Positions 28,309 through 38,197 of a DNA stretch of 62,342 bases are shown here, one piece after another; within the stretch, counting starts at the first letter, position 1; the number at the start of each line of letters is the position of its first letter. Source of the stretch: an uncultured Bdellovibrionales bacterium (GTDB lineage Bacteria; Patescibacteriota; Minisyncoccia; Moranbacterales; UBA2206); NCBI GenBank assembly GCA_964406815.1, contig CAYOTC010000004.1:1-62342 (forward strand), given 5' to 3'. The position numbers were made by a program, and so were the translations under genes. The notes beneath the pieces are model-generated. The model did no database searches, was not told where the DNA came from, and saw only the letters and a program-made list of their open reading frames with translations.

Positions 28309-29484
28309 ATGAAAATAGCTATCGATATCAGATGTTTAGCAAGAGGAGGTCGGACGGGAGTAGAAGAATATATTCTCCAGCTTTTGTATAATATTTTTGA
28401 AATTGACAAAGATAATGAATATATCTTGTTTTTAAACGCCTATAAAAAAATCAAACTTGATCTTTCTTGGATAAATAAATATCCTAATGTTCGGCTCAAA
28501 AAATTTCATTGGCCCAATAAATTACTTAACTTTTTATTTTGGTATTTCAACTGGCCAAAAATTGATCGGATGGTCGGCGGAGCGGATGTGGTTTTTTTTC
28601 CAAACATAATTTTTGGAAGCGTCAGTAAGAAAGCCAGGGTGGTTCTTACGATTCACGATCTTTCTTTTGAGAAGTTTCCGGAATATTTTTCCATGAAAAG
28701 GCGCTGGTGGCATATTTTTGTTAATCCTCGCAGGATTTGCATTAAGTCTGATAACATAATTTCAGTTTCCAAATCGACTAGTGCTGATATCGCAAAAATT
28801 TATGGGATAGATAATAAAAAAATCCAAACAATAAAAAATTCAATCCCGGAGCATTTTCGAGTTATTGATAAGAACAATAAAATACTGATAGAAGTGAAGG
28901 ATAAATATAGCTTACCTTTTAAGTTTATATTATTTCTCGGGACTATTGAACCGAGAAAAAATATAGTCGGTCTTATTCGTGCTTATAACGAATTGCAAAA
29001 GTTTGCAGAAGAAAATGATGATGAAGATCTTAAAAAATATAAATTAGTTATTGCTGGAACAAAAGGTTGGCTGAATGAAGCTATTTTTAATGAAGTAAGA
29101 AAATCTGAAAATAAAGATAAGATAATGATTTCAGGTTTTATTGACGATAAGGACAAAACGGTCATATATAATCTGGCTTCTGTGTTTGTGTATCCTTCTT
29201 TTTATGAAGGTTTTGGTTTTCCTCCTCTTGAGGCGATGAGTTGTGGTGTTCCCGTTATAACTTCTAATAGCTCGTCTCTGCCGGAGATATGTAACTCCTC
29301 CGCTTTAATGATTGATCCAGACAAGCCCGAGGAAATTTTTGAGTCACTGAAAATTTTGCTTCTTAATCGAGAATTTCGAGAGAATATGATAAAAAAAGGA
29401 ATAGAAAATGCAAAAAAATTTAGTTGGAAAAAATCGGCAAAAGAAACTTTGGAAATATTGATTGGAAAGAATAAGAATAAGTAG
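28309..29484 (+). CDS. glycosyltransferase family 4
   Basis: 391 aa. GTIEPRKN, YPSFYEGFGFPPLEAMSCGVPVITSNSSSLPE. Confidence 0.8.
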   Translation: MKIAIDIRCLARGGRTGVEEYILQLLYNIFEIDKDNEYILFLNAYKKIKLDLSWINKYPNVRLKKFHWPNKLLNFLFWYFNWPKIDRMVGGADVVFFPNIIFGSVSKKARVVLTIHDLSFEKFPEYFSMKRRWWHIFVNPRRICIKSDNIISVSKSTSADIAKIYGIDNKKIQTIKNSIPEHFRVIDKNNKILIEVKDKYSLPFKFILFLGTIEPRKNIVGLIRAYNELQKFAEENDDEDLKKYKLVIAGTKGWLNEAIFNEVRKSENKDKIMISGFIDDKDKTVIYNLASVFVYPSFYEGFGFPPLEAMSCGVPVITSNSSSLPEICNSSALMIDPDKPEEIFESLKILLLNREFRENMIKKGIENAKKFSWKKSAKETLEILIGKNKNK

Positions 29485-29522
29485 AATTATTTTTTTAAAT
29501 AATAATTTATTAATTATAAGAA

Positions 29523-30659
29523 ATGAGAATAGGCATAGATGCTAGATTTTTCGGTCCCATCGGCAAAGGTCTAGGGCGTTATACTCAAAAACTTGTAGAG
29601 AATTTAGAAAAAATAGACTCAGAAAATGAGTATTTTGTCTTTCTTCGAAAAGAAAATTTTAACGAATATAATCCAGTAAAGAAAAATTTTAAGAAAGTAT
29701 TGGCTGATTTCAAATGGTATTCTTTTGAAGAGCAGTTGAAGTTTCCCAAGCTCCTTAAAAAGCATAACCTTGATTTGATGCATTTTACCCATTTTAACAT
29801 TCCGATTTTATATCGTGGAAAGTTTATAGCGACTATTCATGATCTTATTTTACTTCATTTTCCAACGATTAAAAATTCAAGATTGAACCCGATATTTTAT
29901 CGTTTGAAATTTATGGCTTATAGAATGGTCATAAAACATGCCATTAAGAGGTCTAATCGTATAATTACAGTTTCAAATTTTACCAAGACAGACATCATTA
30001 AAAATTTTAAGCGTATCCCGGAAGAAAAATTAATAGTGACATATGAAGCAGCCGAAGATTATTGTATGTTGAGTCCTGATAAGGATGATGAAATATTGTC
30101 TAGATATGGTATAATGAAGCCGTATATAATGTATGTAGGGAATGCTTATCCTCACAAGAATTTGGAAAAGTTAGCGGAAGGTTTTGCGGTAGCTTTGTCT
30201 AAATATAGTGGTTTGCATCTGGTTCTTGTTGGAAAAGATGATTTTTTCTATTCGCGTCTTAGAAATTTTATCAAAAATAAGAATATTCATAATGTGATTT
30301 TTGTAGGCTACGTTCCCGATCATGAATTAGACACTTTATTCCACAATGCTTCTGCTTTTGTCTGGCCATCTCTTTATGAAGGATTTGGCTTGCCGCCTTT
30401 GGAAGCTATGTCTAAGGGAATACCGGTTATATCATCGGATCATCCTTGTATGCGAGAGGTCTTGGCGGATAGCGTGTATTATTTTAATGGAAAAAAAGTT
30501 TCTGCCATAGCTGATGCGATTGAAAAAATACTTTCTGATAATTCTTTAAGAGAAAAATTGATAAAAAAAGGATATTTCCAGGTCAATAAGTATAGCTGGA
30601 AGAATATGGCTAATAAAACTCTTGAAGCATATGGTGATATTTTCAATAAAACAAAATAA
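29523..30659 (+). CDS. glycosyltransferase family 4
   Basis: 378 aa. Paralog of the previous gene (WPSLYEGFGLPPLEAMSKGIPVISSD). Confidence 0.8.
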   Translation: MRIGIDARFFGPIGKGLGRYTQKLVENLEKIDSENEYFVFLRKENFNEYNPVKKNFKKVLADFKWYSFEEQLKFPKLLKKHNLDLMHFTHFNIPILYRGKFIATIHDLILLHFPTIKNSRLNPIFYRLKFMAYRMVIKHAIKRSNRIITVSNFTKTDIIKNFKRIPEEKLIVTYEAAEDYCMLSPDKDDEILSRYGIMKPYIMYVGNAYPHKNLEKLAEGFAVALSKYSGLHLVLVGKDDFFYSRLRNFIKNKNIHNVIFVGYVPDHELDTLFHNASAFVWPSLYEGFGLPPLEAMSKGIPVISSDHPCMREVLADSVYYFNGKKVSAIADAIEKILSDNSLREKLIKKGYFQVNKYSWKNMANKTLEAYGDIFNKTK

Positions 30660-30667
30660 TAGATAAA

Positions 30668-33604
30668 ATGATTGAAAGAAAAAAAATAAAGAAAAACATA
30701 TTGCCACAAATGTTTGATATCAAGCCGGTTGATGAAAACGGTGATTTGGATTTTAGGAAAATTGGGATAGTCAGGAAAGTTTCAAGAATAACTGATGCAA
30801 AATTAGAATTGAAATTGAAGAAAACAGATGCAATAAAATTGTCTCCGATTATTCCGGTTAATTCCGGAAAAGTCATAAGTGAAATAGTATCCAGGGATAA
30901 TTCTGAAGAACTTTATAAGCTTAGAAAACAAAAAGAATTTTTTATTAAAGAAAAAGAAAAAATATTTCCGAAAGATAATTTAGCAAAGATGAATAGTGAG
31001 GAGGCGAGGATTTTTGAAAAAGAAAACGAAATCAAGACGGAAATTTTGAGACCTCTGAAAAATTATGAATTAAGTGCTATCCCGGAACCTTCGCTTATCG
31101 ATATTTTGCAAGAGGAGAGAAAAAGAAAAGAGTTTTATCTTAAAAGAACGAAATCTGATATCAGGAATCGGAAGATAGTGTCTTTCACGGAATCGGTGAA
31201 AAATATTTCCAGATCAATTTTATTTTTTCCGGCAAATGTTTTTTTTATAGTAGCTAAATCTTTTTTTAATGGGACGACGCTGGCCATTAAAAAAACGGGA
31301 GAAATTTTTCTGGCGCTCATTACTTTTCCTTTTAAAGTCGTATATTATGTCATTTTCTTTTCGGTCAGCGCCGCCCAGATAATCGCTCGTTATTTTGTTT
31401 TTTCCGTAAAATGTTTCTCTTCTTTTTTGATTGTCCTAACTCTTACATTTGTTGACATTCTTTATGCAGTTATCATTTTCCCTTTCCAGTTTTTATTTCA
31501 GATTTATAATAAAACGGCTAAATCACTTCAAGCTAAGTCAAGAAATTTTACAAATGCTTTTGAGGGATTTGAAGATTCATTGGGCAATAGTTTTATTTAT
31601 CCGAGAGCGAATAAAAATAGGCTTCCCATGTTTTCCTTTTTAGCTGTTTCAACTTGCATATTTTTTGCTGTTTTTGGAGTCGGTCTTTTTTATCGCGGGA
31701 TTAAAATAAAAGATATTGCTACGCAAAATGGTCAAGTTGCTTATGCCAGCTTAATGGAAGCTAAAGATGAAATCGTCAGCAAAGATTTTACTGAAGCTTC
31801 ATTAAAATTCGGCGAAGCCTATGATGAGTTTGATAAAATTTCCAAAGAGGTTGATGGTCTTGGCTCAATATTTGTTGAATCATCAAGATTTCTGCCATTT
31901 GCTTCAAAGCTTTCCTCCGGATCGCATCTTGTTGAAGCGGGTAAGGATATTTCGAAAATAGGAATTCTTTCATCAGAACTCCTGGAAACATTCAATGAAG
32001 TAAAAAACCCTCTTGAAAATAAAAATTCAGTTTCCTTTCTAGAGATATTTAAAAAGTCAGATGAAAAAGTGGGGGAAATATCTGAATTATTTCTGGATCT
32101 CGAGAATCATATCAACAAGATAGACCTGAATGATATCCCGGAAGAACAGCGAAGTAAATTTATTGAAATTAAAAAAAGACTTCCAGAGATAAATAAATTC
32201 TTGTCCGGCTTTATCGATCAAGAAAAAATTTTTGTTGATATATTAGGGGGGAATGGCCCGAGAAAATATCTTTTTCTATTTCAAAATAATCAAGAAATGC
32301 GGGCAACCGGAGGATTTATTGGAACTTATGGAATACTGGATATTTTCGATGGTCGTGTAAAACGCTTCCTTATTGACGGAATTTTTAATCCTGATGGACA
32401 ACTGAAAGAGAAAGTTGTTCCTCCCGCGCCAATTCAAAAAATCAGCGTAGCTTGGAGTTTGCATGATAGCAATTGGTTTCCCGATTTCCCGAAATCTGCC
32501 GAGAAAGCGGCTTGGTTTTTTGAAAAAACCGGCGGACCGACAGTAGATGGAATAATAACTATGACGCCGACAGTTATGCAAAAAATGCTCGAAATTACGG
32601 GGCCAATTGAGATGAAGGAATATGATGTGACTGTTGATAAGGATAATTTTATTGAAAATATCCAGCAGGAAGTCGAAGAGAATTATGATAGAGATATTAA
32701 TCAACCCAAAAAAATCTTGGCTGATTTGGCTCCAATAATGCTTGATAGACTCTTTAATGCCAAGAATGTTAACGATATCGCAAAGGCAATGAGCGTAATC
32801 GGAGAAAGTCTCAATGAAAAACATATTCTTATTTATTCAAAAAATTATGAACTTGAGAAAATAATTTCTGCCAATGGTTGGTCCGGGGAGATTCTGGGGA
32901 CACAAAAAGACTATCTTTCAGTTATTAACACCAATATAAATGGCTTTAAAACGGATGGGGTGGTGGAAGAAAATATTGTTCATAAAGCTGAAATTCAAGA
33001 CGATGGTTCTATAATCGATTCGGTTTCTATAACCAGAAAGCATAATGGGGGAAAAACAAATTATGATTGGTGGAATCGAGTCAATGCTAATTATATGAGA
33101 GTTTATGTTCCTCAAGGATCAAAACTCTTGAGTGTTTCCGGTCAAACTAGAGAATTTAATTCTCCACCAATCGATTATGATGCACTTGGCTTCAAGCGTG
33201 ATTCCCAAGTGGCTATGGAAGAAAATGCAACAGAATTTGATGAGGAAACCGGAACAAGAATATACGAAGATTCAAATAAGACTGTTTTTGGAAACTGGGT
33301 ATATGTCAGTCCGCAGGAAACTGTAACAATTACATATACTTATCTCCTGCCTTTTAAAATAAATATCGACAGTAAGGATAAGTTGGTTGATACTTATTCA
33401 CTTCTTTTGCAAAAACAATCTGGCAGTATTGGAAGCAATATAAATTCTATGGTGAGTTTCCCGAAATCCTATGATATTGTATGGAAGTATCCTGATGAAA
33501 GTGTCAAAGATTTTTCTGATATTACAGAAGGAAAAAATAGTATTGAGATTGAAGATAAATTAGAAAGCGATAAGTTTATTGGGATTGCCTTTCAGAGGAA
33601 TTAA
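30668..33604 (+). CDS. large membrane protein with a DUF4012-like extracytoplasmic domain
   Basis: 978 aa. The N-terminal region of about 330 aa has several hydrophobic segments. It is followed by the motif FLFQNNQEMRATGGFIGTYG, which I recall as the DUF4012 signature. A paralog lies at 56797..58155. Confidence 0.7.
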   Translation: MIERKKIKKNILPQMFDIKPVDENGDLDFRKIGIVRKVSRITDAKLELKLKKTDAIKLSPIIPVNSGKVISEIVSRDNSEELYKLRKQKEFFIKEKEKIFPKDNLAKMNSEEARIFEKENEIKTEILRPLKNYELSAIPEPSLIDILQEERKRKEFYLKRTKSDIRNRKIVSFTESVKNISRSILFFPANVFFIVAKSFFNGTTLAIKKTGEIFLALITFPFKVVYYVIFFSVSAAQIIARYFVFSVKCFSSFLIVLTLTFVDILYAVIIFPFQFLFQIYNKTAKSLQAKSRNFTNAFEGFEDSLGNSFIYPRANKNRLPMFSFLAVSTCIFFAVFGVGLFYRGIKIKDIATQNGQVAYASLMEAKDEIVSKDFTEASLKFGEAYDEFDKISKEVDGLGSIFVESSRFLPFASKLSSGSHLVEAGKDISKIGILSSELLETFNEVKNPLENKNSVSFLEIFKKSDEKVGEISELFLDLENHINKIDLNDIPEEQRSKFIEIKKRLPEINKFLSGFIDQEKIFVDILGGNGPRKYLFLFQNNQEMRATGGFIGTYGILDIFDGRVKRFLIDGIFNPDGQLKEKVVPPAPIQKISVAWSLHDSNWFPDFPKSAEKAAWFFEKTGGPTVDGIITMTPTVMQKMLEITGPIEMKEYDVTVDKDNFIENIQQEVEENYDRDINQPKKILADLAPIMLDRLFNAKNVNDIAKAMSVIGESLNEKHILIYSKNYELEKIISANGWSGEILGTQKDYLSVINTNINGFKTDGVVEENIVHKAEIQDDGSIIDSVSITRKHNGGKTNYDWWNRVNANYMRVYVPQGSKLLSVSGQTREFNSPPIDYDALGFKRDSQVAMEENATEFDEETGTRIYEDSNKTVFGNWVYVSPQETVTITYTYLLPFKINIDSKDKLVDTYSLLLQKQSGSIGSNINSMVSFPKSYDIVWKYPDESVKDFSDITEGKNSIEIEDKLESDKFIGIAFQRN

Positions 33605-33613
33605 TGATTATTT

Positions 33614-35260
33614 ATGATAAAGAAAATTTTTAATAACAAATTACTTCTTGATTCCAGTCCAGCTAATTCAATAGCTTCGGCTGCTTTTATTATAATGCTT
33701 TTTGGTTTGGCCTCAAGAATCCTTGGTCTTTTGAGGGATCGTTTTTTGGCTTCAACTTTCGGAGCTGGAGATGCGTTAGACGTTTATTATGCTGCTTTTA
33801 GAATTCCCGATTTAATTTATAATTTCCTAATCCTTGGGGCGCTCAGCGCGGCTTTCATTCCGATATTCTCCGGTCTCTTGTCAGAAAAAAAGGAGAAACA
33901 AGCCTGGGAACTGGCTAATGGGATACTTAATATTTTCATTGTTTTAATAATTGTGATTTCTTTAATTTTCTGCGCTCTCACTCCTTGGATTATGCGTTTC
34001 ATAACCCCCGGTTTCAATCCGGAAAAAATGGAACAAGTTATTGTTTTTACCCGCATAATGTTTTTGAGTCCGATTTTTTTAGGAATAAGTGGAATTTTTG
34101 GAGCGATACTGACTTCTTTAAAAAGATTTTTAATGTATTCTCTGGCGCCGATATTCTACAATATCGGAATTATTATTGGAGTTTTAATATTTGTGAAATT
34201 TATGGGTCCTATCGGACTGGCTTGGGGAGTGGTTTTAGGCACTTTTCTCCATATGCTTGTCCAATGTCCGGCAGTTTTTCATCTGGGATTTAAAAATAAT
34301 TTTTCATTGCGTAAATATTTTTTCAATAAAGATATACGAAGTGTCCTAAAGCTCATGATTCCTAGAATGATGGGAATTGCGGTAAATCAATTCAATCTTT
34401 TTATAATAACCATATTCGCTTCCCTTTTAGCTTCAGGAAGTTTAGCGGTATTCAGTTTTGCTCAAAATCTTCAGAGCGTTCCCTTGGGAATTTTTGGGGT
34501 GTCTTTTGCGATTGCTGTTTTTCCAACTCTTTCTCGACTGACAAAAAAAGAAAACGAAAAAGAATTTGTCGGAACATTTTCTGAAACTTTCCGCAATATT
34601 CTTTTCTTTGTCATTCCGTTAAGCATAATGATTTTGCTTCTTCGGGCGCAGATAGTGCGGGTGGTTCTTGGAGCGGGGGAATTTGATTGGGAAGATACAA
34701 TTCTGACTTATGAATGTCTTGGATTTTTTTCACTCAGTCTTTTTGCACAGAGTCTTATTCCGCTTTTGGCGCGCTCTTTTTATGCTCTAAAAAATACAAA
34801 GATTCCTTTCTATGCTGCGCTTATAAGCGAAGTGATTAATATTTTAGCGGTGATTTTTCTTATTGGAAAATTGAAAATTATCGGTTTGGCAATCGCGTTT
34901 TCTCTTTCAAGCATTTTTCAGATGCTTCTGCTTCTTTTTCTTTTGCATTCCCGTTTTGGAGGCTTAGATGATAGAAATATTCTTAGGTCTATCGGAAAAA
35001 TCGTGGCTGCTTCTCTTGCATCTGGAGTTGGAATTCAGCTGATGAAATATTGTGTGGCGATGTTTATTGATATGGATACTTTCCTAGGAATATTTTCTCA
35101 GCTGGTTATTTCTGCCGGAATTGGAACGATTGTTTTTATAACTGCTTGCCATATTTTCAAAATTGAAGAATATCATCATTTCAGAAAATCAATAACTAGA
35201 AAGATATTCCGCCAAAAAGGAATCATCAGCGAAGACACCGGGGAAGTGGCGGGGATTTGA
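33614..35260 (+). CDS. murJ: lipid II flippase MurJ/MviN family (MOP superfamily)
   Basis: 548 aa and multi-pass. LLRDRFLASTFGAGDALDVYYAAFRIPDLIYNF is the MurJ N-terminal signature. Confidence 0.85.
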   Translation: MIKKIFNNKLLLDSSPANSIASAAFIIMLFGLASRILGLLRDRFLASTFGAGDALDVYYAAFRIPDLIYNFLILGALSAAFIPIFSGLLSEKKEKQAWELANGILNIFIVLIIVISLIFCALTPWIMRFITPGFNPEKMEQVIVFTRIMFLSPIFLGISGIFGAILTSLKRFLMYSLAPIFYNIGIIIGVLIFVKFMGPIGLAWGVVLGTFLHMLVQCPAVFHLGFKNNFSLRKYFFNKDIRSVLKLMIPRMMGIAVNQFNLFIITIFASLLASGSLAVFSFAQNLQSVPLGIFGVSFAIAVFPTLSRLTKKENEKEFVGTFSETFRNILFFVIPLSIMILLLRAQIVRVVLGAGEFDWEDTILTYECLGFFSLSLFAQSLIPLLARSFYALKNTKIPFYAALISEVINILAVIFLIGKLKIIGLAIAFSLSSIFQMLLLLFLLHSRFGGLDDRNILRSIGKIVAASLASGVGIQLMKYCVAMFIDMDTFLGIFSQLVISAGIGTIVFITACHIFKIEEYHHFRKSITRKIFRQKGIISEDTGEVAGI

Positions 35261-35278
35261 TTTTAATTTTCTATTTTT

Positions 35279-35307
35279 AAAACCGCAAAGTTATTGTGGT
35301 TTTGTTT
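35279..35307 (+). terminator. terminator-like hairpin after murJ
   Basis: aaaaccgcaa / ttgtggtttt stem with G-U pairs, followed by a T-rich run. Confidence 0.5.
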
Positions 35308-35322
35308 TAATGTTTTTTTATC

Positions 35323-35351
35323 TTGACATAATTAAGATTTTTTATTAGACT
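35323..35351 (+). promoter_or_regulatory. promoter TTGACA-17 nt-TAGACT
   Basis: Hexamers at 35323-35328 and 35346-35351. A 54-nt leader ends in a strong Shine-Dalgarno sequence (aaggagg). Confidence 0.5.
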
Positions 35352-35405
35352 GTTATGAACGTTAATTTTGACGTTGAATAGTACCTAAGAAAAAAGGAGG
35401 TCGAA

Positions 35406-35816
35406 ATGATTAAAAAAATCTTTACAGGTTTATTTTTTGTCGGTTTTTTGGTAATGATATCCTATGTTTTTTCGCCGGTTATTCCACTACCGATTAACAT
35501 GCAGAAACAAATGATGTCGGCATTATACTCGGATGAATCGTGCGCGGAGGGTGTTGCAAATAGTGTTTCCTATATTTCGCGGCATCTTAATGATTACGGT
35601 TTTGATAGTCAGGAGGATTTTATTGCCTGGTTGGAAAATAAGTCGTGGGTTACTAGTGATGGGGCGACAAGGAAAATTTTTGTAGAGCCAGAACTTCTTG
35701 GAGATATCGGTTGGCCAAGTGTTGTAAATTCGGTAAAAATTAAACTTATTTACAATAGAGCTGGTTCTATTGTCACTAGCCGTTATTATGTTCATTCCAG
35801 TTTAAATAATGTTTGA
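35406..35816 (+). CDS. membrane-anchored hypothetical protein
   Basis: 136 aa with an N-terminal TM helix. It forms a self-contained unit with a consensus promoter, a strong Shine-Dalgarno sequence and a terminator. Confidence 0.55.
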   Translation: MIKKIFTGLFFVGFLVMISYVFSPVIPLPINMQKQMMSALYSDESCAEGVANSVSYISRHLNDYGFDSQEDFIAWLENKSWVTSDGATRKIFVEPELLGDIGWPSVVNSVKIKLIYNRAGSIVTSRYYVHSSLNNV

Positions 35817-35839
35817 ATAAAACCGAGTTTCGAAAATTT

Positions 35840-35878
35840 AACCCACTGAATTGAAAATATTTGGTGGGTTTGTTTTTT
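35840..35878 (+). terminator. rho-independent terminator
   Basis: aacccac / gtgggtt stem followed by TGTTTTTT. Confidence 0.6.
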
Positions 35879-35901
35879 ATTTATAATAATATTAATATTC
35901 A

Positions 35902-35930
35902 TTGATTATTTGCCGAATTTAAGCTATGAT
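35902..35930 (+). promoter_or_regulatory. candidate promoter TTGATT-17 nt-TATGAT upstream of lepA
   Basis: Hexamers at 35902-35907 and 35925-35930. Confidence 0.45.
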
Positions 35931-35947
35931 GATTTATAGGAAAATTT

Positions 35948-37750
35948 ATGGAAAAAATCAGGAATTTTTGCATTATTGCTCATATTGATCATGGAAAGTC
36001 GACTCTGGCCGACCGGCTTTTGGAAATTACCAAAACAGTGGAGGCTAGAAAAATGAAAGAACAGCTTCTGGATCAGATGGATCTGGAGCGGGAAAGGGGA
36101 ATCACCATCAAAATGCAGCCGGTTAGGATGCATTATAAAGATTATATTTTAAATCTGATTGATACTCCCGGACATGTTGACTTCGGTTATGAAGTTTCGC
36201 GCAGTTTGGCAGCGGTGGAAGGAGCGGTGCTTTTGGTTGATGCGACCAAAGGCGTGCAGGCGCAGACGATTGCTAATCTCTATCAAGCTATTGAACATAA
36301 TCTGGAAATAATTCCGGTTGCCAATAAAATCGATCTGCCAAATGCCAATGTGGAAAAAACCAAACGGGAAATAATTCACTTGCTCGGTTGCAAAGAAGAA
36401 GATATTTTGGAAGTTTCCGGAAAGACCGGTTTGGGCGTGGATAAGCTTTTGGAAAAAATAGTCGAAGTGGTTCCCGCTCCTAAAGGAGAAAAAGAGAAAC
36501 CTCTTCGAGCTCTTATTTTCGATTCCAAATACGATACATATAAAGGGGTTCTGGCGCATGTTCGCATTTTTGACGGAGAAGTGAAGGCGGAAGAAAATAT
36601 CAGGATGATGATGAACGGAGTGGAAAGCGATGTAATTGAAGTCGGATATTTCAAACCGGAACTTGTGAAATCGGAAAAATTGATTTCTGGAGAAATCGGC
36701 TATATTGCCACTGGCCTAAAAAGTGTGGAAAATTGTCGGGTGGGCGATACTATAACGATTTCCAGGACACAGGAGACTCGCAATAATAGTCTTCATAGTG
36801 AAGTCAAAGCACTGCCGGGATATAAGGAAGTTCATCCGATGGTTTATGCTTCGTTCTATCCGATCGAAGGCGATGATTATAATTTCATGCGTGACGCCCT
36901 GGATAAGCTCAAGCTGAATGATGCCGCTTTCGTTTTTGAGCCGGAAAGTAATCTGGCTTTGGGACGGGGATTCCGCTGTGGATTTTTGGGACTTTTGCAT
37001 TTGGAAATAATCCAATCGAGACTAGAGCGTGAATTTGAAATCAGTCCGACAATCACGACACCAAGCGTGGTTTATAGGGTAAAAACCAAAGGAAAAAACG
37101 AACTTATAAGTGTCTATTCACCATCCGAATTGCCGGATCCATCTTCTATTGAAGAAATCCAGGAACCGTATGTGAAACTGGAAATAGTATCGCCTTCGAA
37201 TTATCTTGGATCAATCATGGAAGTGATGAATAATACCAGAGCGGAATATCTTGATACGGAATATTTGAACAGCGAGCGGATGATTCTTAAATTCAATTGT
37301 CCTTTGACCGATGTGATTACCAATATGCATGACGATCTGAAGAGCGCGTCTCAAGGTTATGCCTCGATGAATTATGAAATCAGCGAATATCGAGCGAATG
37401 AATTGGTGAAACTCAATATTTTTGTGGCCGAGGAAAGGATTGATGCGTTTGCCAGAATTGTTCCCAAGGAGAGTGCTTTTGGCGAAGGCAAAAGAATTGT
37501 GGAAAAACTCAAAGGATCTATTCCGCGGCAGAATTTCCAGATTGCGCTTCAGGCAGCGATCGGTGAAAAAATAATCGCTCGCGAAACCATTAAAGCTTTT
37601 CGCAAAGACGTTATTGCCAAACTTTATGGAGGAGATGTGACGAGAAAAAGGAAACTATTGGAAAAGCAGAAGAAGGGAAAGAAGAAAATGAAAAACATCG
37701 GTCGGGTTTCCATTCCATCAGAAGCTTTCCTCTCGGTTTTGAAAAAATAA
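35948..37750 (+). CDS. lepA: translation elongation factor 4
   Basis: 600 aa. IRNFCIIAHIDHGKSTLADRLL, DTPGHVDF, NKIDLP, and the LepA C-terminal domain. Confidence 0.93.
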   Translation: MEKIRNFCIIAHIDHGKSTLADRLLEITKTVEARKMKEQLLDQMDLERERGITIKMQPVRMHYKDYILNLIDTPGHVDFGYEVSRSLAAVEGAVLLVDATKGVQAQTIANLYQAIEHNLEIIPVANKIDLPNANVEKTKREIIHLLGCKEEDILEVSGKTGLGVDKLLEKIVEVVPAPKGEKEKPLRALIFDSKYDTYKGVLAHVRIFDGEVKAEENIRMMMNGVESDVIEVGYFKPELVKSEKLISGEIGYIATGLKSVENCRVGDTITISRTQETRNNSLHSEVKALPGYKEVHPMVYASFYPIEGDDYNFMRDALDKLKLNDAAFVFEPESNLALGRGFRCGFLGLLHLEIIQSRLEREFEISPTITTPSVVYRVKTKGKNELISVYSPSELPDPSSIEEIQEPYVKLEIVSPSNYLGSIMEVMNNTRAEYLDTEYLNSERMILKFNCPLTDVITNMHDDLKSASQGYASMNYEISEYRANELVKLNIFVAEERIDAFARIVPKESAFGEGKRIVEKLKGSIPRQNFQIALQAAIGEKIIARETIKAFRKDVIAKLYGGDVTRKRKLLEKQKKGKKKMKNIGRVSIPSEAFLSVLKK

Positions 37751-37771
37751 TTTTTCAATTTTCCATAATTT

Positions 37772-38146
37772 ATTGATGTTAAATTTGAAAAAAGAAAAAG
37801 CAAAATAAATGGTTTCGGAATTTTTACTCTCAATCCGATACGCAAAGATGCTGAATTTTATAATATTCCATTGGATATCGTATATCAAGAGCCGAAATCT
37901 CTATGTGCCAGAATTGCAGATGGCAGATATGTTTATGATGATAAAGTTTTAAATTGGATCAATCATTCTTGTGATCCAAATGCAAAATTAAATATTGCAA
38001 AAGGTAGTCCATCATTAATTGCGATTCGAGATATTTTAGCAGATGAGGAAATAACTGTAGATTATAACCAAACGGAAGTGCAAGGAGTTAAGCTTGAATG
38101 TACTTGTAAATCCGGCAGTTGCAGAGGAGAATTCAATCAGCTATGA
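37772..38146 (+). CDS. SET-domain protein (putative lysine methyltransferase); start codon unresolved
   Basis: SET motifs: NGFGIFT, NHSCDPNA, EEITVDYN, and a post-SET CTCKSGSCRG. The frame is open from 37769 but has no in-frame ATG, GTG or TTG before the TTG at 37871. That TTG would cut off the N-terminal SET strand. Confidence 0.55.
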   Translation: MDVKFEKRKSKINGFGIFTLNPIRKDAEFYNIPLDIVYQEPKSLCARIADGRYVYDDKVLNWINHSCDPNAKLNIAKGSPSLIAIRDILADEEITVDYNQTEVQGVKLECTCKSGSCRGEFNQL

Positions 38147-38165
38147 TTTCTTAGACAAAAAAACG

Positions 38166-38197
38166 CGACCCGCCTGATTATTCAAGTGGGTCGTTTT
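38166..38197. terminator. hairpin between convergent genes (possible bidirectional terminator)
   Basis: cgaccc / gggtcg stem flanked by an A-run upstream and a T-run downstream. Confidence 0.45.

Noticed and set aside
33614-35425. MurJ and the orphan protein at 35406 both begin MIKKIF, hinting at a duplication.
   Set aside because: The similarity is limited to six residues encoded by different codons. It is coincidental in an AT-rich genome.
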